A stretch of DNA of 61,069 bases from Methylococcus sp. (GCA_007280285.1 QYQA01000003.1:1-61069), one strand, 5' to 3'; positions 1-9,187 are shown, counted from the first letter of the stretch. A program made the numbers and translations. The notes: generated by a model not told the origin, from the letters alone.

Positions 1-1082
1 ACATCCATGCCCAACCAATGGCCGGTCCGGTGCATGAAAAACTTCTTATACCCTTCGTTCTTGATCAGGTTGGCGGCTTTCCCTTCCATCAGGCCAAGCC
101 GTAAAAGGCCTTTGGTCAGGACCTTGACCGCGGCTTCATGGGGCATATTCCAGCGGTTTTGTGGCTTGATGGCCTCGATCGCCGCCAATTGTGCCGCCAG
201 CACCAGCTCATACAAAAGTCGTTGCGGCTTGGTGAAGCGGCCATTCACCGGATAGGTTCGGGTGACATCGGCCGCATAGCACTGGTGTTCGGCCCCCGCA
301 TCGATGAGCAAGAGGTCGCCGTTGGCCAGAACGGCATCGTTCTGGGTGTAATGGAGGACACAGGCGTTGGCGCCTCCGGCCACGATACTGGGGTAGGCGG
401 TGTGTCTTAAGCCGTGGCGGTTAAATTCATGGAGCAATTCGGCTTCTATGTGGTATTCCCATTGTCCTGGCCGGCAGTGGCGCATCGCTCTTAGATGGCC
501 CTTGACCGTTACCTCGCAGGCCTTTTTGATGAGTTCGATTTCCTGGGGTGACTTGATCAGGCGCTGCTCATGAAGAAGATGCTCGAGGGCAATGAAGTCA
601 TAGGGTGCCGAGGTCCCGGCGCGGGATTGACGCTTTAGCGCCTCGACGGCCGTCAAGACCACCTCATCGAGGTCGCTATCCTGACCGATCGGGAAATAGA
701 CGCGGTCTCTTTGCGATAACAGCCGTGGCAGTTCGTCCTCCAGATCGTCGATGGCAAAGGCCTCATCCGCACCGAAGTCCTGAACGGCCCCCTCAAGACC
801 TGCATGACGGCCGGTCCAGATCGCTTTTTCGGGGTTGTATTCGCGGCAAAAGAGCACGTACTCCCCTTGTTTTCTGCCGGGGATCAACACCGCGACCGCC
901 TCAGCCTCATCGAGCCCCGTCAGGTAGTGAAAATCACTGCTCTGCCGGTAGGGGTATTCCACATCCCGGTTTCGGATCACGGCGGGCGCGCTGGCGATGA
1001 TGGCCACCGCATTTTTCTTCATCTGCCGCATCAACTGCTGGCGACGATGTTTGAACTCACAGTTTTTTAACATCGATGACAT
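1..1082 (-). CDS. pepP: Xaa-Pro aminopeptidase PepP, N-terminal ~360 codons; the C-terminus runs off the left window edge
   Basis: Not in the ORF track because it is edge-truncated. Reverse-strand translation from ATG at 1082 gives MSSMLKNCEFKHRRQQLMRQM...DVEYPYRQSSDFHYLTG...VLHYTQND...DLLLIDAG...FFMHRTGHWLGMDV. This is colinear with E. coli PepP. It lies directly downstream of ygfB, as in E. coli. Confidence 0.9.
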   Translation of the reverse strand, partial: MSSMLKNCEFKHRRQQLMRQMKKNAVAIIASAPAVIRNRDVEYPYRQSSDFHYLTGLDEAEAVAVLIPGRKQGEYVLFCREYNPEKAIWTGRHAGLEGAVQDFGADEAFAIDDLEDELPRLLSQRDRVYFPIGQDSDLDEVVLTAVEALKRQSRAGTSAPYDFIALEHLLHEQRLIKSPQEIELIKKACEVTVKGHLRAMRHCRPGQWEYHIEAELLHEFNRHGLRHTAYPSIVAGGANACVLHYTQNDAVLANGDLLLIDAGAEHQCYAADVTRTYPVNGRFTKPQRLLYELVLAAQLAAIEAIKPQNRWNMPHEAAVKVLTKGLLRLGLMEGKAANLIKNEGYKKFFMHRTGHWLGMD

Positions 1083-1083
1083 C

Positions 1084-1620
1084 CTAGTGCTGCTGGGTTG
1101 ATGTGGGGTTCTCTAATTCGCTGCGGATCACCTGGACGCCGACGCTGACATAGTCCGATAGCTCAGTAAGCGCCCCTTCATCGGTGTCACCGCTAACGGT
1201 TGCATCTAACCGGACGATTTCAAGAAAGTCCTGAAGGATCTCCGAGCACGCACCAGGCCACGCGCTGGAGGGCCCGGAATAGCCGAGCCCTTGGAGAAAA
1301 CCATGGCACCAGTCGCTCAAGGCCAGGGCGCGGCCCTGAAGCGGCGCCTCGTCATCGGGCAGGAGAGGCTCAAAGCTGAAATCGAAGTCGACCAACTGTC
1401 GGTGTGTCTGGTGAAACAGGCGATGGAGCTTTTCCTGACAGTCTGTGCCCATTTGGCCAAGCTCAGGGCCAAAGAAATCGGATAACCACGGACCGGTATC
1501 CATGGACACATCCATGCACAGCATCCCCGACAAGACACCATGAAGTTCCGATGCACTCCCTGATAGATCGCTCTTGAGCAGGGCTTCATGGATGTCATCG
1601 TAGCTGACGGCGTGATTCAT
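1084..1620 (-). CDS. ygfB: UPF0149 family protein YgfB
   Basis: 178-aa ORF. It has the conserved position upstream of pepP and divergent from zapA-ssrS, and an acidic YgfB-like sequence. Confidence 0.75.
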   Translation of the reverse strand: MNHAVSYDDIHEALLKSDLSGSASELHGVLSGMLCMDVSMDTGPWLSDFFGPELGQMGTDCQEKLHRLFHQTHRQLVDFDFSFEPLLPDDEAPLQGRALALSDWCHGFLQGLGYSGPSSAWPGACSEILQDFLEIVRLDATVSGDTDEGALTELSDYVSVGVQVIRSELENPTSTQQH

Positions 1621-1709
1621 GTTGGGTTTGCCTTGTCGGCGCTTGGTTAATTCTTTATCCTAACATTGGACCCTGATTCTTCCCACCTTTCCGCGTAACG
1701 AGAATTGCC

Positions 1710-1940
1710 ATGAGTGAAACCATCCCGCCGATCAAGGTGCAGATCTTGGGCAAGGAATACCCCGTGTCGTGCCCACAAGACGAGCAGCATGAATTACTGC
1801 TGGCGGCGCGCTATCTGGATGACAAAACCCGAGAGATCCGGGATACCGGCCGCATTATTGGTACTGAGCGCATCGCCGTCATGGCGGCCCTCAACATCGC
1901 GCATGAACTCCTTCAGATCAAACAACGCCGGTTGGACTGA
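1710..1940 (+). CDS. zapA: Cell division protein ZapA
   Basis: 76 aa: MSETIPPIKVQILGKEYPVSCPQDEQHELLLAARYLDDK...ERIAVMAALNIAHELL. This is the typical ZapA pattern, and it is followed by 6S RNA as in E. coli. Confidence 0.9.
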   Translation: MSETIPPIKVQILGKEYPVSCPQDEQHELLLAARYLDDKTREIRDTGRIIGTERIAVMAALNIAHELLQIKQRRLD

Positions 1941-1990
1941 TGGCTTCGCGGGTTTCGGTTGCGGTTACCGGCTCAGGCGGTAGAATTCAC

Positions 1991-2179
1991 GGGTATTTCC
2001 TGCAGCGTTCGAGGGTCGCTGGGTTACTTCTTGAGCCTAATGACAAACCCCGGGAGCTTTAGAACCTCGATGTGCGCAGGTCCGCCATGAGCGGAAAGCC
2101 TGATTCACGGTTCGCTGATCCCACCTGAACCTCTGGTTCAAGGGCGAAAGCGCCCCACGGCGCAGGCGGGAAATACCCC
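1991..2179 (+). ncRNA. ssrS: 6S RNA (SsrS)
   Basis: The 5' end GGGTATTTCC pairs with the 3' end GGGAAATACCC. Internal segments CTTGAGCC, GGTCCGCC...GAAAGCC and ACCTGAACC...GGTTCAAGGG...GCAGGCGG match E. coli 6S as I remember it. Length is about 189 nt and it sits immediately after zapA. End coordinates are +/-5 nt. Confidence 0.85.
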
Positions 2180-2213
2180 ATCCCTCTACCGATATCCCTT
2201 TTTTTGACCGCCG

Positions 2214-2672
2214 ATGAATTACTGGTTGATGAAATCTGAACCAAGTGCGTTCAGCATCGAAGATCTTCAGCGCCGGCCCGGCCAAATCGAACCGTGGGAT
2301 GGTGTTCGCAACTACCAAGCCCGCAACATGATGCGGGACGATATGGCGGTCGGTGATGGGATTTTTTTCTATCATTCTAATTGTGATATCCCAGGCATTG
2401 TCGGTATCGCGACGGTCGTCCGCGAGGCCTATCCCGATGACACCGCGTTTGATCCACAGTCAAAACATTTCGATCCCAAGAGTCTTAGGGAGCGCCCTCG
2501 CTGGTTCATGGTGGATGTCGGTTTTGTCCGGACACTTTCAAGAACCATCACCCTCACCGAATTAAAAGGAGATCCGGCGCTCGATGGCTTTCCACTCACT
2601 CGCCGCGGCAATCGGCTTTCGGTCATGCCGCTTTCGAAGGTGCAGTGGGACTATATTTTGAGCCTAGAATGA
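2214..2672 (+). CDS. EVE (PUA-like) domain protein
   Basis: 152 aa starting MNYWLMKSEPSAFSIEDL...WDGVRNYQARNMMRD...GDGIFFYHSN, a typical EVE/thymocyte-nuclear-protein-like signature. Confidence 0.85.
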   Translation: MNYWLMKSEPSAFSIEDLQRRPGQIEPWDGVRNYQARNMMRDDMAVGDGIFFYHSNCDIPGIVGIATVVREAYPDDTAFDPQSKHFDPKSLRERPRWFMVDVGFVRTLSRTITLTELKGDPALDGFPLTRRGNRLSVMPLSKVQWDYILSLE

Positions 2673-2986
2673 GCTGGCTTTATCTGTTGGTCGCAGGGCT
2701 CTTTGAGATTGGCTGGCCGGTTGGGATCAAGGTCGCTCAGGATCCTTCCTTGCGTTGGTTAGGGCTCTTGATGGCGATAACCTGCATGGGCTTGAGTGGT
2801 TTCTTTATGTGGCTGGCGCAACGCGAGATCACCATGGGAACGGCCTATGCCGTGTGGACCGGCATTGGGGCCGCCGGGACCTTTTTGGTTGGGATCTTCT
2901 TTTTTGGTGACCCCAGCAGCCTCGGCCGCTATGCCGGCGTTTTCCTCATCATGGCCGGCGTCGCGGCCTTAAAATGGGCGCATTGA
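2669..2986 (+). CDS. sugE: SMR-family exporter, SugE/Gdx type
   Basis: [21 protein letters not shown]... has four TM segments, about 105 aa, and the conserved membrane Glu in TM1. Its start overlaps the EVE stop as ATGA. The track ORF begins earlier, at 2645. Confidence 0.85.
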   Translation: MSWLYLLVAGLFEIGWPVGIKVAQDPSLRWLGLLMAITCMGLSGFFMWLAQREITMGTAYAVWTGIGAAGTFLVGIFFFGDPSSLGRYAGVFLIMAGVAALKWAH

Positions 2987-3066
2987 TTGTAATAGATGCT
3001 GAAGCGGCGCGGCAAACCCACCTGAATCTAAAAGACTTGATGGACGTTAAGAAGAGGCAGAACACC

Positions 3067-3723
3067 ATGACGCAGGATCAACTCAAACAAAAAGTAGCCG
3101 AAGCGGCGCTCGATTATGTCAAAGGCTATTCGATTCTCGGGATCGGGACCGGCTCCACCACCCGGCTTTTTATCGATGGTTTGGCGGAACGCCGAAAGGA
3201 CATTGAAGGGGCCGTCTCAAGCTCCCTGGCGACGACCGAACAATTAAAGAAACTCGGGATACCCGTCCTCGAACTGAATGATGTTGGGACGCTGGATGTT
3301 TATGTGGATGGCGCTGATGAGATCAATCCCCAGAAGCAGTTGATCAAAGGGGGTGGCGCGGCGCTCACCCGAGAAAAGATCATTGCAGCGGCTAGCAAGA
3401 AATTCATTTGCATTGCTGATGACTCCAAATGTGTTGATGTGCTCGGTAAATTTCCACTTCCGGTCGAAGTGATACCGATGGCACGGAGCTTTGTGGCGCG
3501 CGAGATGGTGAAGCTCGGTGGGCAGCCGGTCTGGCGAGAAAACTGTGTCACCGACAATGGTGGACAGATTCTTGATGTCTGGAATCTCTCCATCCTGAAT
3601 CCCCTAGAGATGGAACAGGTGATCAATAACATCCCGGGCGTCATCACCGTAGGTATTTTTGCGATGCGACCTGCTGATGTGGTGTTGGTGGGGGGCGAAA
3701 AGGGGGTTCGGACGATCGTTTAA
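3067..3723 (+). CDS. rpiA: Ribose-5-phosphate isomerase A
   Basis: Motifs GIGTGST, DGADE and [11 protein letters not shown]. Start taken at MTQDQLKQK, preceded by AAGAGG. The track ORF starts at 2974. Confidence 0.93.
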   Translation: MTQDQLKQKVAEAALDYVKGYSILGIGTGSTTRLFIDGLAERRKDIEGAVSSSLATTEQLKKLGIPVLELNDVGTLDVYVDGADEINPQKQLIKGGGAALTREKIIAAASKKFICIADDSKCVDVLGKFPLPVEVIPMARSFVAREMVKLGGQPVWRENCVTDNGGQILDVWNLSILNPLEMEQVINNIPGVITVGIFAMRPADVVLVGGEKGVRTIV

Positions 3724-3733
3724 GGGGATGACC

Positions 3734-4579
3734 TCAGCGCTCAAGCGCCACCCGCATGGAGAGATCGATGGCCCTGATATTTTTGGTCAGGGCACCGATT
3801 GAAATATAGTCAACGCCGGTCGCCGCAATGGCGGGGATCTCCTGAAGGGTCACGTTCCCGGAGACTTCGAGAGCGGCTTTGCCCTTCGTCATCGCCACGG
3901 CCTCTCGCATCATCTCGAGACTGAATTCATCCAGAAGGATCCGCTGGCACCCCCCGATTAATGCCTCCTCAAGCTCCTTGAGGGTTTCGACCTCAACTTC
4001 AATCATCACGGCCGCAGAAGATCTCATGGCCGCCGCCAGCGCCTGGGTGATCGAGCCTGCCGCCTCGATGTGATTTTCCTTGATCAAAATGGCATCGTAG
4101 AGCCCCAAGCGATGGTTCTCACAGCCACCACAGCGGACGGCGTATTTTTGGGCAAGGCGCAGACCTGGAATCGTCTTTCGTGTATCGAGGATCCGAACGG
4201 GGGTTCCTCTCACCGCTTCGGCATACTGCCTTGAGAGCGTGGCGGTCCCTGAAAGGGTCTGTAAGAGGTTGAGTGCGGTCCGCTCGCCGGTCATCAAAGG
4301 CCGGGCGAATCCCTTGAGTGAACAGAGCGTCTGCTCCTTTTGAACCGTGGCCCCTTCATCGAAATGCCATCGAATCTCGAGGGTAGGATCAAGGCGTTTA
4401 TAAACCGCATCGAACCACGCACGGCCACAGAGAACCATGTCTTCCCGGGTGATGACCGTCCCTTGAGCGATGGTTTCGGGTGGCAGAATCAGCGCCGTGA
4501 GATCCAAAGGTCCAAGGTCCTCTTCAAGATAGCGATCGATCGCTTTAAGGTCGACGATATCAGAGCAAGACGTGGTCAT
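3734..4579 (-). CDS. nadC: Nicotinate-nucleotide pyrophosphorylase (quinolinate phosphoribosyltransferase)
   Basis: 281 aa with TRKT.PG.R...KYAV..GGG..HR..L.D...IK.NH-type motifs. Confidence 0.92.
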   Translation of the reverse strand: MTTSCSDIVDLKAIDRYLEEDLGPLDLTALILPPETIAQGTVITREDMVLCGRAWFDAVYKRLDPTLEIRWHFDEGATVQKEQTLCSLKGFARPLMTGERTALNLLQTLSGTATLSRQYAEAVRGTPVRILDTRKTIPGLRLAQKYAVRCGGCENHRLGLYDAILIKENHIEAAGSITQALAAAMRSSAAVMIEVEVETLKELEEALIGGCQRILLDEFSLEMMREAVAMTKGKAALEVSGNVTLQEIPAIAATGVDYISIGALTKNIRAIDLSMRVALER

Positions 4580-4617
4580 AGGAAGGGAAAGCGCTTTTTT
4601 AGCAACGCCGTGGTCTT

Positions 4618-4647
4618 GATGGGGTGGGGAACGTTCCCCACCCCATC
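4618..4647 (-). terminator. Perfect 30-bp palindrome (GC-rich stem-loop) between the pstS-like gene and nadC; possible terminator or mRNA-stabilising hairpin
   Basis: gatggggtggggaacgttccccaccccatc is identical to its own reverse complement. It starts 8 nt after the pstS-like stop. There is no adjacent U-tract. Confidence 0.4.
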
Positions 4648-4654
4648 AAGCGCT

Positions 4655-5755
4655 CTATTTCTTTTTACTGGCTGGGCCTTGGGATGACTTCGAGGCGGCG
4701 CCCGCACGGGCCGGTGACACCCCGGCGTCCTTCAGGAGGGCGGCCATGGCGGCACGGTCTTGGGCTGGCAGGGTAATGAGGCCCGCCTTCCGGAGATAGC
4801 CCTTGTCACCAAAAGCGTCCTCGCTGGTGATTTCAGCTAGAAACTCCGACAGACCCGGGGTCACCCCCACATTACGCGCCTTCACATAAAGGTAAAGCGG
4901 ACGAGCGCCCATATACGTATCGCTCGAGATGTTGGCATAGGTTGGTTCAATCCCATCGATGGGAATGGCGTGTAGCTTATCGCTATGATCGATCAGCATC
5001 TTGTAACCAAAGAGGCCAATGGCGGGGGTCGAGCTGGTGGCGATCATATCTACATGCGATAGATCGTTGTCACGGCCTTCCTTGTAAATGCCGTCTTCAC
5101 GGATGGAACGGCACTTTCTCTGGAGGTCGGCGGTTATATCCTTAGGGCCTTGGGGGACCCACGGTAGTTTTTTGCACTCCAGTTCCGAGATGAGATCGAG
5201 GAACGCATCATGGCTGCCGGAGGTCGCGGGCGGTCCCAGCAACGCAATTCGGGTATTGGGTAGCGAGGCCTTAACGTCTTTCCATTGATGGTTCGGGTTG
5301 AGCGCCATCGTCCCATCATGAGAGACGAGCCACTTGGCGAACGCCATCCGAGCCTCGTCGTGGGAAAGCGTCCAAGGTTCGGCCTTGGCCGACTGGGCAA
5401 GAATGAGGGCGTCATAACCGATCTTCACTTCGAGGATCTTGGCGACGCCATTGCGCTCACATTCCTCGCGCTCTTTGGGCTTCATCGCTCGCGAGGCTAA
5501 AGCGACATCGGGTGATTCAGGGCCATAGCCTTCACAAAAGAGCTTGATACCGCCGCCGGTGCCGGATGCCTGGATTAACGGGGCATGGAGATGGCCATGG
5601 CTGGAGGCCTTTTCTCCAGCCTCCTTAACATAAGGGACAATCGTTGAGGAACCCATCATGGCGACATAGCCGCGTTGAAATTCGGCAACGGCGGGGCTGG
5701 TATGGAGGCTCAGGCCGACAAGGGCCGCGGCCAGAAGGCTGGTGCTTTTTATCAT
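4655..5755 (-). CDS. PstS-family periplasmic phosphate-binding-like protein with a low-complexity C-terminal tail
   Basis: Signal peptide MIKSTSLLAAALVGLSLHTSPAVA. PBP-like-2 features are GSSTIVPY and SGTGGGIK. No pstCAB genes are adjacent. Confidence 0.75.
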   Translation of the reverse strand: MIKSTSLLAAALVGLSLHTSPAVAEFQRGYVAMMGSSTIVPYVKEAGEKASSHGHLHAPLIQASGTGGGIKLFCEGYGPESPDVALASRAMKPKEREECERNGVAKILEVKIGYDALILAQSAKAEPWTLSHDEARMAFAKWLVSHDGTMALNPNHQWKDVKASLPNTRIALLGPPATSGSHDAFLDLISELECKKLPWVPQGPKDITADLQRKCRSIREDGIYKEGRDNDLSHVDMIATSSTPAIGLFGYKMLIDHSDKLHAIPIDGIEPTYANISSDTYMGARPLYLYVKARNVGVTPGLSEFLAEITSEDAFGDKGYLRKAGLITLPAQDRAAMAALLKDAGVSPARAGAASKSSQGPASKKK

Positions 5756-5845
5756 AGGAGAAGGTCTTGGATGATCGTCAAAAATGCCATTGTAAGCCTA
5801 ATTCGACCGTGTGATCGGATCGATGAGAGGCCTTTTTTTGGCGAT

Positions 5846-5878
5846 AGAAAAAGTAAACCCGCCATAAGGCGGGTTTAC
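5846..5878 (-). terminator. Rho-independent terminator downstream of the OmpA-family gene
   Basis: On the minus strand: GTAAACCCGCC-TTAT-GGCGGGTTTAC followed by TTTTTC. Confidence 0.8.
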
Positions 5879-5923
5879 TCGGCTTCAGGTGAACGAAGTC
5901 ACCCGAGGTTCATGAGGCTAAGC

Positions 5924-7129
5924 TCAGTCACCCATCCAGCGCAGTTCAACCCGACGGTTCTTGACGCGACCGTCTTCGGTTCCATTGTCAGCAACCGGGA
6001 ATTCCGTGCCATAGCCCTTCGCGTAGAGATTGTTGCTAACGCCTTTCTTACGAAGGTAAGCCGCAACAGACTCTGAACGACGTTGTGACAGGTGCAGGTT
6101 GTGCTGCTCCTTGCCCTTGTTGCCTTCGAAGCTCGCGTAACCAGCTACTTCGATGTCCTTCTTAGAAGGCATGGCCACGAGCTGCTCAACTACACCATCA
6201 AGGATGGTCTTAGCGCCAGCAGTCAGTTCGTGCGAGTCATACTTGAAGTTAACGCCGCGGAGTTCCATGACGATCGGACAGCCTTGGTCATCCACCTTGG
6301 TGCCTGAAGCGGTGCCTGGGCACTTGTCATCACAGTCATTGACGCCATCGGCATCGGAGTCACGGCTTGCACATGCATCCGCCACCATCGGAGCCGCAGC
6401 GGCACCTGGCTTGTCACCGAAAGGAACCACAAAGCCAACGTTCACAACCAAGTCATTGAAGACAGAGGTGTGGCTGCTGAGGCCGTAGTTGTTGTAGTAC
6501 TGGCCTGCAGCGGTGTCACCCCGGTAGCGAGCGTCAGCACGCAGCAGGAAGTTGTCAGCCAGTTCATACGTTGCACCCGCGCCTGCTTCAAAGATGAAGG
6601 AGGAGGTCTGCGTGTGAAGGTGCGCCGCTGGGTAAGGGGTATTGTCGGTCAGACCGCGCCAGCTGTTATTAGCACCACCCATAGCAAAGACAACATACGG
6701 CGAGAAAGTATCGCGCATGAAGTAATACTGCAGGTCGATGGTGCCGCCGGTCATGTCGGTTGCGCCATGCTTAAAGCCTTGCGCTGCACCCGTTACATAA
6801 AGCTCGCCAGGACGGCTGGTGTTGGCCATACCATTGTTGCCCCAGTTCTGCCAGAACCCACGAACTTCAACGTTGAAGTATTCGTTAATTATTTTACCCA
6901 GTGCGAGACCGCCGCCCCAGCCACCCTGTGCATTTCTGTCACCACTTGGCTGAACGAAGCTGCCGAATGGCGCGACGTACCAACGGTCATCGGTGAAGGT
7001 GGAGCTTGCAGGTGCTGCAGCTTCAGAGGTTGCCATCGTGTCAGCGGTGGTCGCCGCATCTTCGGCGTGGACAACGGTCATAGCCGTCAATCCCGCCAGG
7101 CTCAAGGCCATCAAAGTTTTCTTTAACAT
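5924..7129 (-). CDS. OmpA-family outer-membrane protein: N-terminal beta-barrel, TSP3-type Ca-binding repeat, C-terminal OmpA domain
   Basis: Signal peptide MLKKTLMALSLAGLTAMTVVHA. Linker DSDADGVNDCDDKCPGT. C-terminal NLHLSQRRSESVAAYL...NRRVEL peptidoglycan-binding motif. Confidence 0.9.
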   Translation of the reverse strand: MLKKTLMALSLAGLTAMTVVHAEDAATTADTMATSEAAAPASSTFTDDRWYVAPFGSFVQPSGDRNAQGGWGGGLALGKIINEYFNVEVRGFWQNWGNNGMANTSRPGELYVTGAAQGFKHGATDMTGGTIDLQYYFMRDTFSPYVVFAMGGANNSWRGLTDNTPYPAAHLHTQTSSFIFEAGAGATYELADNFLLRADARYRGDTAAGQYYNNYGLSSHTSVFNDLVVNVGFVVPFGDKPGAAAAPMVADACASRDSDADGVNDCDDKCPGTASGTKVDDQGCPIVMELRGVNFKYDSHELTAGAKTILDGVVEQLVAMPSKKDIEVAGYASFEGNKGKEQHNLHLSQRRSESVAAYLRKKGVSNNLYAKGYGTEFPVADNGTEDGRVKNRRVELRWMGD

Positions 7130-7281
7130 GGTTTGCTCCCAATTAGCCCTAAAACAACAATTGTTGAGAAATTCGCAACAAGCTTAATGGTAGCCTCAGC
7201 TGTTTTGCGTTGCAACAACAATTTTTTGTTTTTTTCAATGATATTTTCGTTTGCACCGTTATTTTTCTTGTTGAATGATCT

Positions 7282-8571
7282 TTAAAGGCTCTTTGCGATG
7301 CGTTCCGTTGGAAATCGGCAACTAAAGGTGCTGCCTTTGCCGACCGTACTGATGATCGTGAATTCTGCGCCGTGGCGAGCCATGACGTGCTTGACAATGG
7401 CCAGTCCTAAGCCGGTTCCGCCGGGCCCTCTGGAGGCATCTACCCGGTAAAAGCGTTCGGTGAGCCGTGGCAGATATTCGGGTGCGATGCCGGGGCCCGT
7501 GTCTCTCACGTCGAGGCGAATACCCGGCTCATCACGCTGCCAGATGATCTCCACATGATCCCCTTTTTCACAATATTTCAATGCGTTGAGGATCAAATTG
7601 GTGAAAGCGCTGCGGAGCTCCTGCTGGCCTCCGATGAGCCCCTCGGCGCTTTCGAGGCGAAGACTGAGGGTTGGTTTCGACTCCATGGGCAGCATCAACG
7701 CTTCGTCCAGGATCTGGGTTAATAGCGCCGGGACGTCGACTGTACTTTGGGCCAGTTGATGCGTTGAAGATTCGAGACGCGTCAGGGTGAGGAGGTCGTC
7801 AATCAAGCTTTGCATCCTGAGCGTCTGCTCCTCCATGCGATGAAATGCGCGGGCATAATTGGGGGGGAGCTCATCGGCATGATCGGCCAGTGATTCGACA
7901 TAGCCACGAATGACGGTCAATGGGGTGCGCAACTCGTGTGACACATTTGCAACAAAATCGGTTCGGACGCGCTCCATAAAGCGCAATTGCGTCACATCCT
8001 GAGCCACGAGTAACCGAAGATCATCGCCATAAGGAATCACCCGAACCTCCAGCTGGATATTTTCACTCAGCGGCGAGGTGACCCCGACGGTTTTCTGATA
8101 ATCCTCCTCTGCAAGGTACCCGATGAATTTTGGGTTTCTGATCAGGTTACCAATGGTTTGACCGATATCCGTTCGCCGCAGACCCAAAAGATGGGCGGCC
8201 GCCTCGTTGAACCAGTCGATCTGGTCGCCGGCACTGAGGACAACGGTCGCATCCGGTAACGCGGCGGTGGCGGTCCGAAATCTTTCCAAAAGGCGGATGA
8301 GCTGTTTCTTGCGTCGCCGGTTACGCCGACGAAGTCGCGAGATCAGATAATAAATTTCCCCCCAGACGCCGGCTCCCTGAGGTCTGTCCCCGGCCTTGCC
8401 ACCGCTGACCCATTGGAGCAGCCGGTTGACATGGAACAGGTGATGACCAAGGTAGAGCGCCAGAATAACCCAGGCCGTTAAGGCCTGGCTGTGCAACAAC
8501 TGGCCGACAAACAACCCGATTAAGAGCGCTAAAAACAGCGTGGAGAGGTCTGATCGCCAAGGATTCAGCAT
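7282..8571 (-). CDS. phoR: Phosphate regulon sensor histidine kinase PhoR
   Basis: Two N-terminal TM segments, a basic linker RRRNRRRKKQ, a PAS region, the H-box FVANVSHELRTPLT, and an HATPase domain with DTGPGI and GGTGLGLAIV. Confidence 0.88.
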   Translation of the reverse strand: MLNPWRSDLSTLFLALLIGLFVGQLLHSQALTAWVILALYLGHHLFHVNRLLQWVSGGKAGDRPQGAGVWGEIYYLISRLRRRNRRRKKQLIRLLERFRTATAALPDATVVLSAGDQIDWFNEAAAHLLGLRRTDIGQTIGNLIRNPKFIGYLAEEDYQKTVGVTSPLSENIQLEVRVIPYGDDLRLLVAQDVTQLRFMERVRTDFVANVSHELRTPLTVIRGYVESLADHADELPPNYARAFHRMEEQTLRMQSLIDDLLTLTRLESSTHQLAQSTVDVPALLTQILDEALMLPMESKPTLSLRLESAEGLIGGQQELRSAFTNLILNALKYCEKGDHVEIIWQRDEPGIRLDVRDTGPGIAPEYLPRLTERFYRVDASRGPGGTGLGLAIVKHVMARHGAEFTIISTVGKGSTFSCRFPTERIAKSL

Positions 8572-8615
8572 GATGATGACTTAAAATGTGGCGGTCGAGG
8601 GGAGTGATCAGTCCT

Positions 8616-9125
8616 TTAATATCGTTGGTTTGACTGGGGATAGAAGGCCCTCAGTGAGGACCAGGCGGCCAAGAGGAGAAAGGACATCAATACCCAAAAG
8701 GGCATGCTGAAACCAAGAAAAGTCCATTCGACCTTGGCGCAGTCGCCGGTGCCGGTCACCATGGCCTTGAGGGTGTCGGTGAAGGCAAAGTACTGCAGCA
8801 TGTAGGAGAGTCCGGGTCCGCAGGCAGGCACCTCCTCCGGAGGGAGATGTTGAATCCACAGATGCCGAATGGAGACGCTGGCGCCTAATAGAGCGGCAAG
8901 GGTGCCGGCTAGCGCATATCGCCGGGTTCCTTGGGCTCCGGTGGGGTGAAGCCACCCCATCAGCATCACCAGCCCCACCAGAAAAACCCCGAGCCTTTGT
9001 GAAATGCACAGGGGGCAAGGTTCCAGGCCTTGAGCAAACTGAAAAAAATAGGCCGCGACTAAAAGGACCACACAGAAAAGGAAGCCAAGAAGAAAGTGGG
9101 TGCGGGAATTGGGGATGAACATCAT
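8616..9125 (-). CDS. dsbB: Disulfide bond formation protein B
   Basis: 169 aa, four TM segments, CPLC motif (QGLEPCPLCISQR) and a second Cys pair in loop 2. Confidence 0.9.
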   Translation of the reverse strand: MMFIPNSRTHFLLGFLFCVVLLVAAYFFQFAQGLEPCPLCISQRLGVFLVGLVMLMGWLHPTGAQGTRRYALAGTLAALLGASVSIRHLWIQHLPPEEVPACGPGLSYMLQYFAFTDTLKAMVTGTGDCAKVEWTFLGFSMPFWVLMSFLLLAAWSSLRAFYPQSNQRY

Positions 9126-9187
9126 TTAAGCTCAAAATGGACAGATAAAGGATTCTAGCGTGAACAGCGTCGATCGCATCAAGCGGC

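Noticed and set aside
605-1070. Arg/Pro-rich plus-strand ORFs (605-1000 and 804-1070) at the left edge.
   Set aside because: The reverse strand encodes an unambiguous PepP across the whole segment.
2180-2668. A guanidine (mini-ykkC/ykkC-type) riboswitch ahead of sugE.
   Set aside because: There is no intergenic space because sugE overlaps the EVE stop. I saw no paired ACGR-loop hairpins in the preceding sequence.
5756-5923. A Pho box upstream of the pstS-like gene.
   Set aside because: There is no CTGTCAT-N4-CTGTCAT-like direct repeat. Only the OmpA-gene terminator and weak promoter-like hexamers are present.
8608-9135. A 175-aa ORF overlapping dsbB in another frame on the same strand.
   Set aside because: The dsbB frame has the CPLC motif and four TM segments. 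The alternative frame has neither a motif nor a sensible composition.
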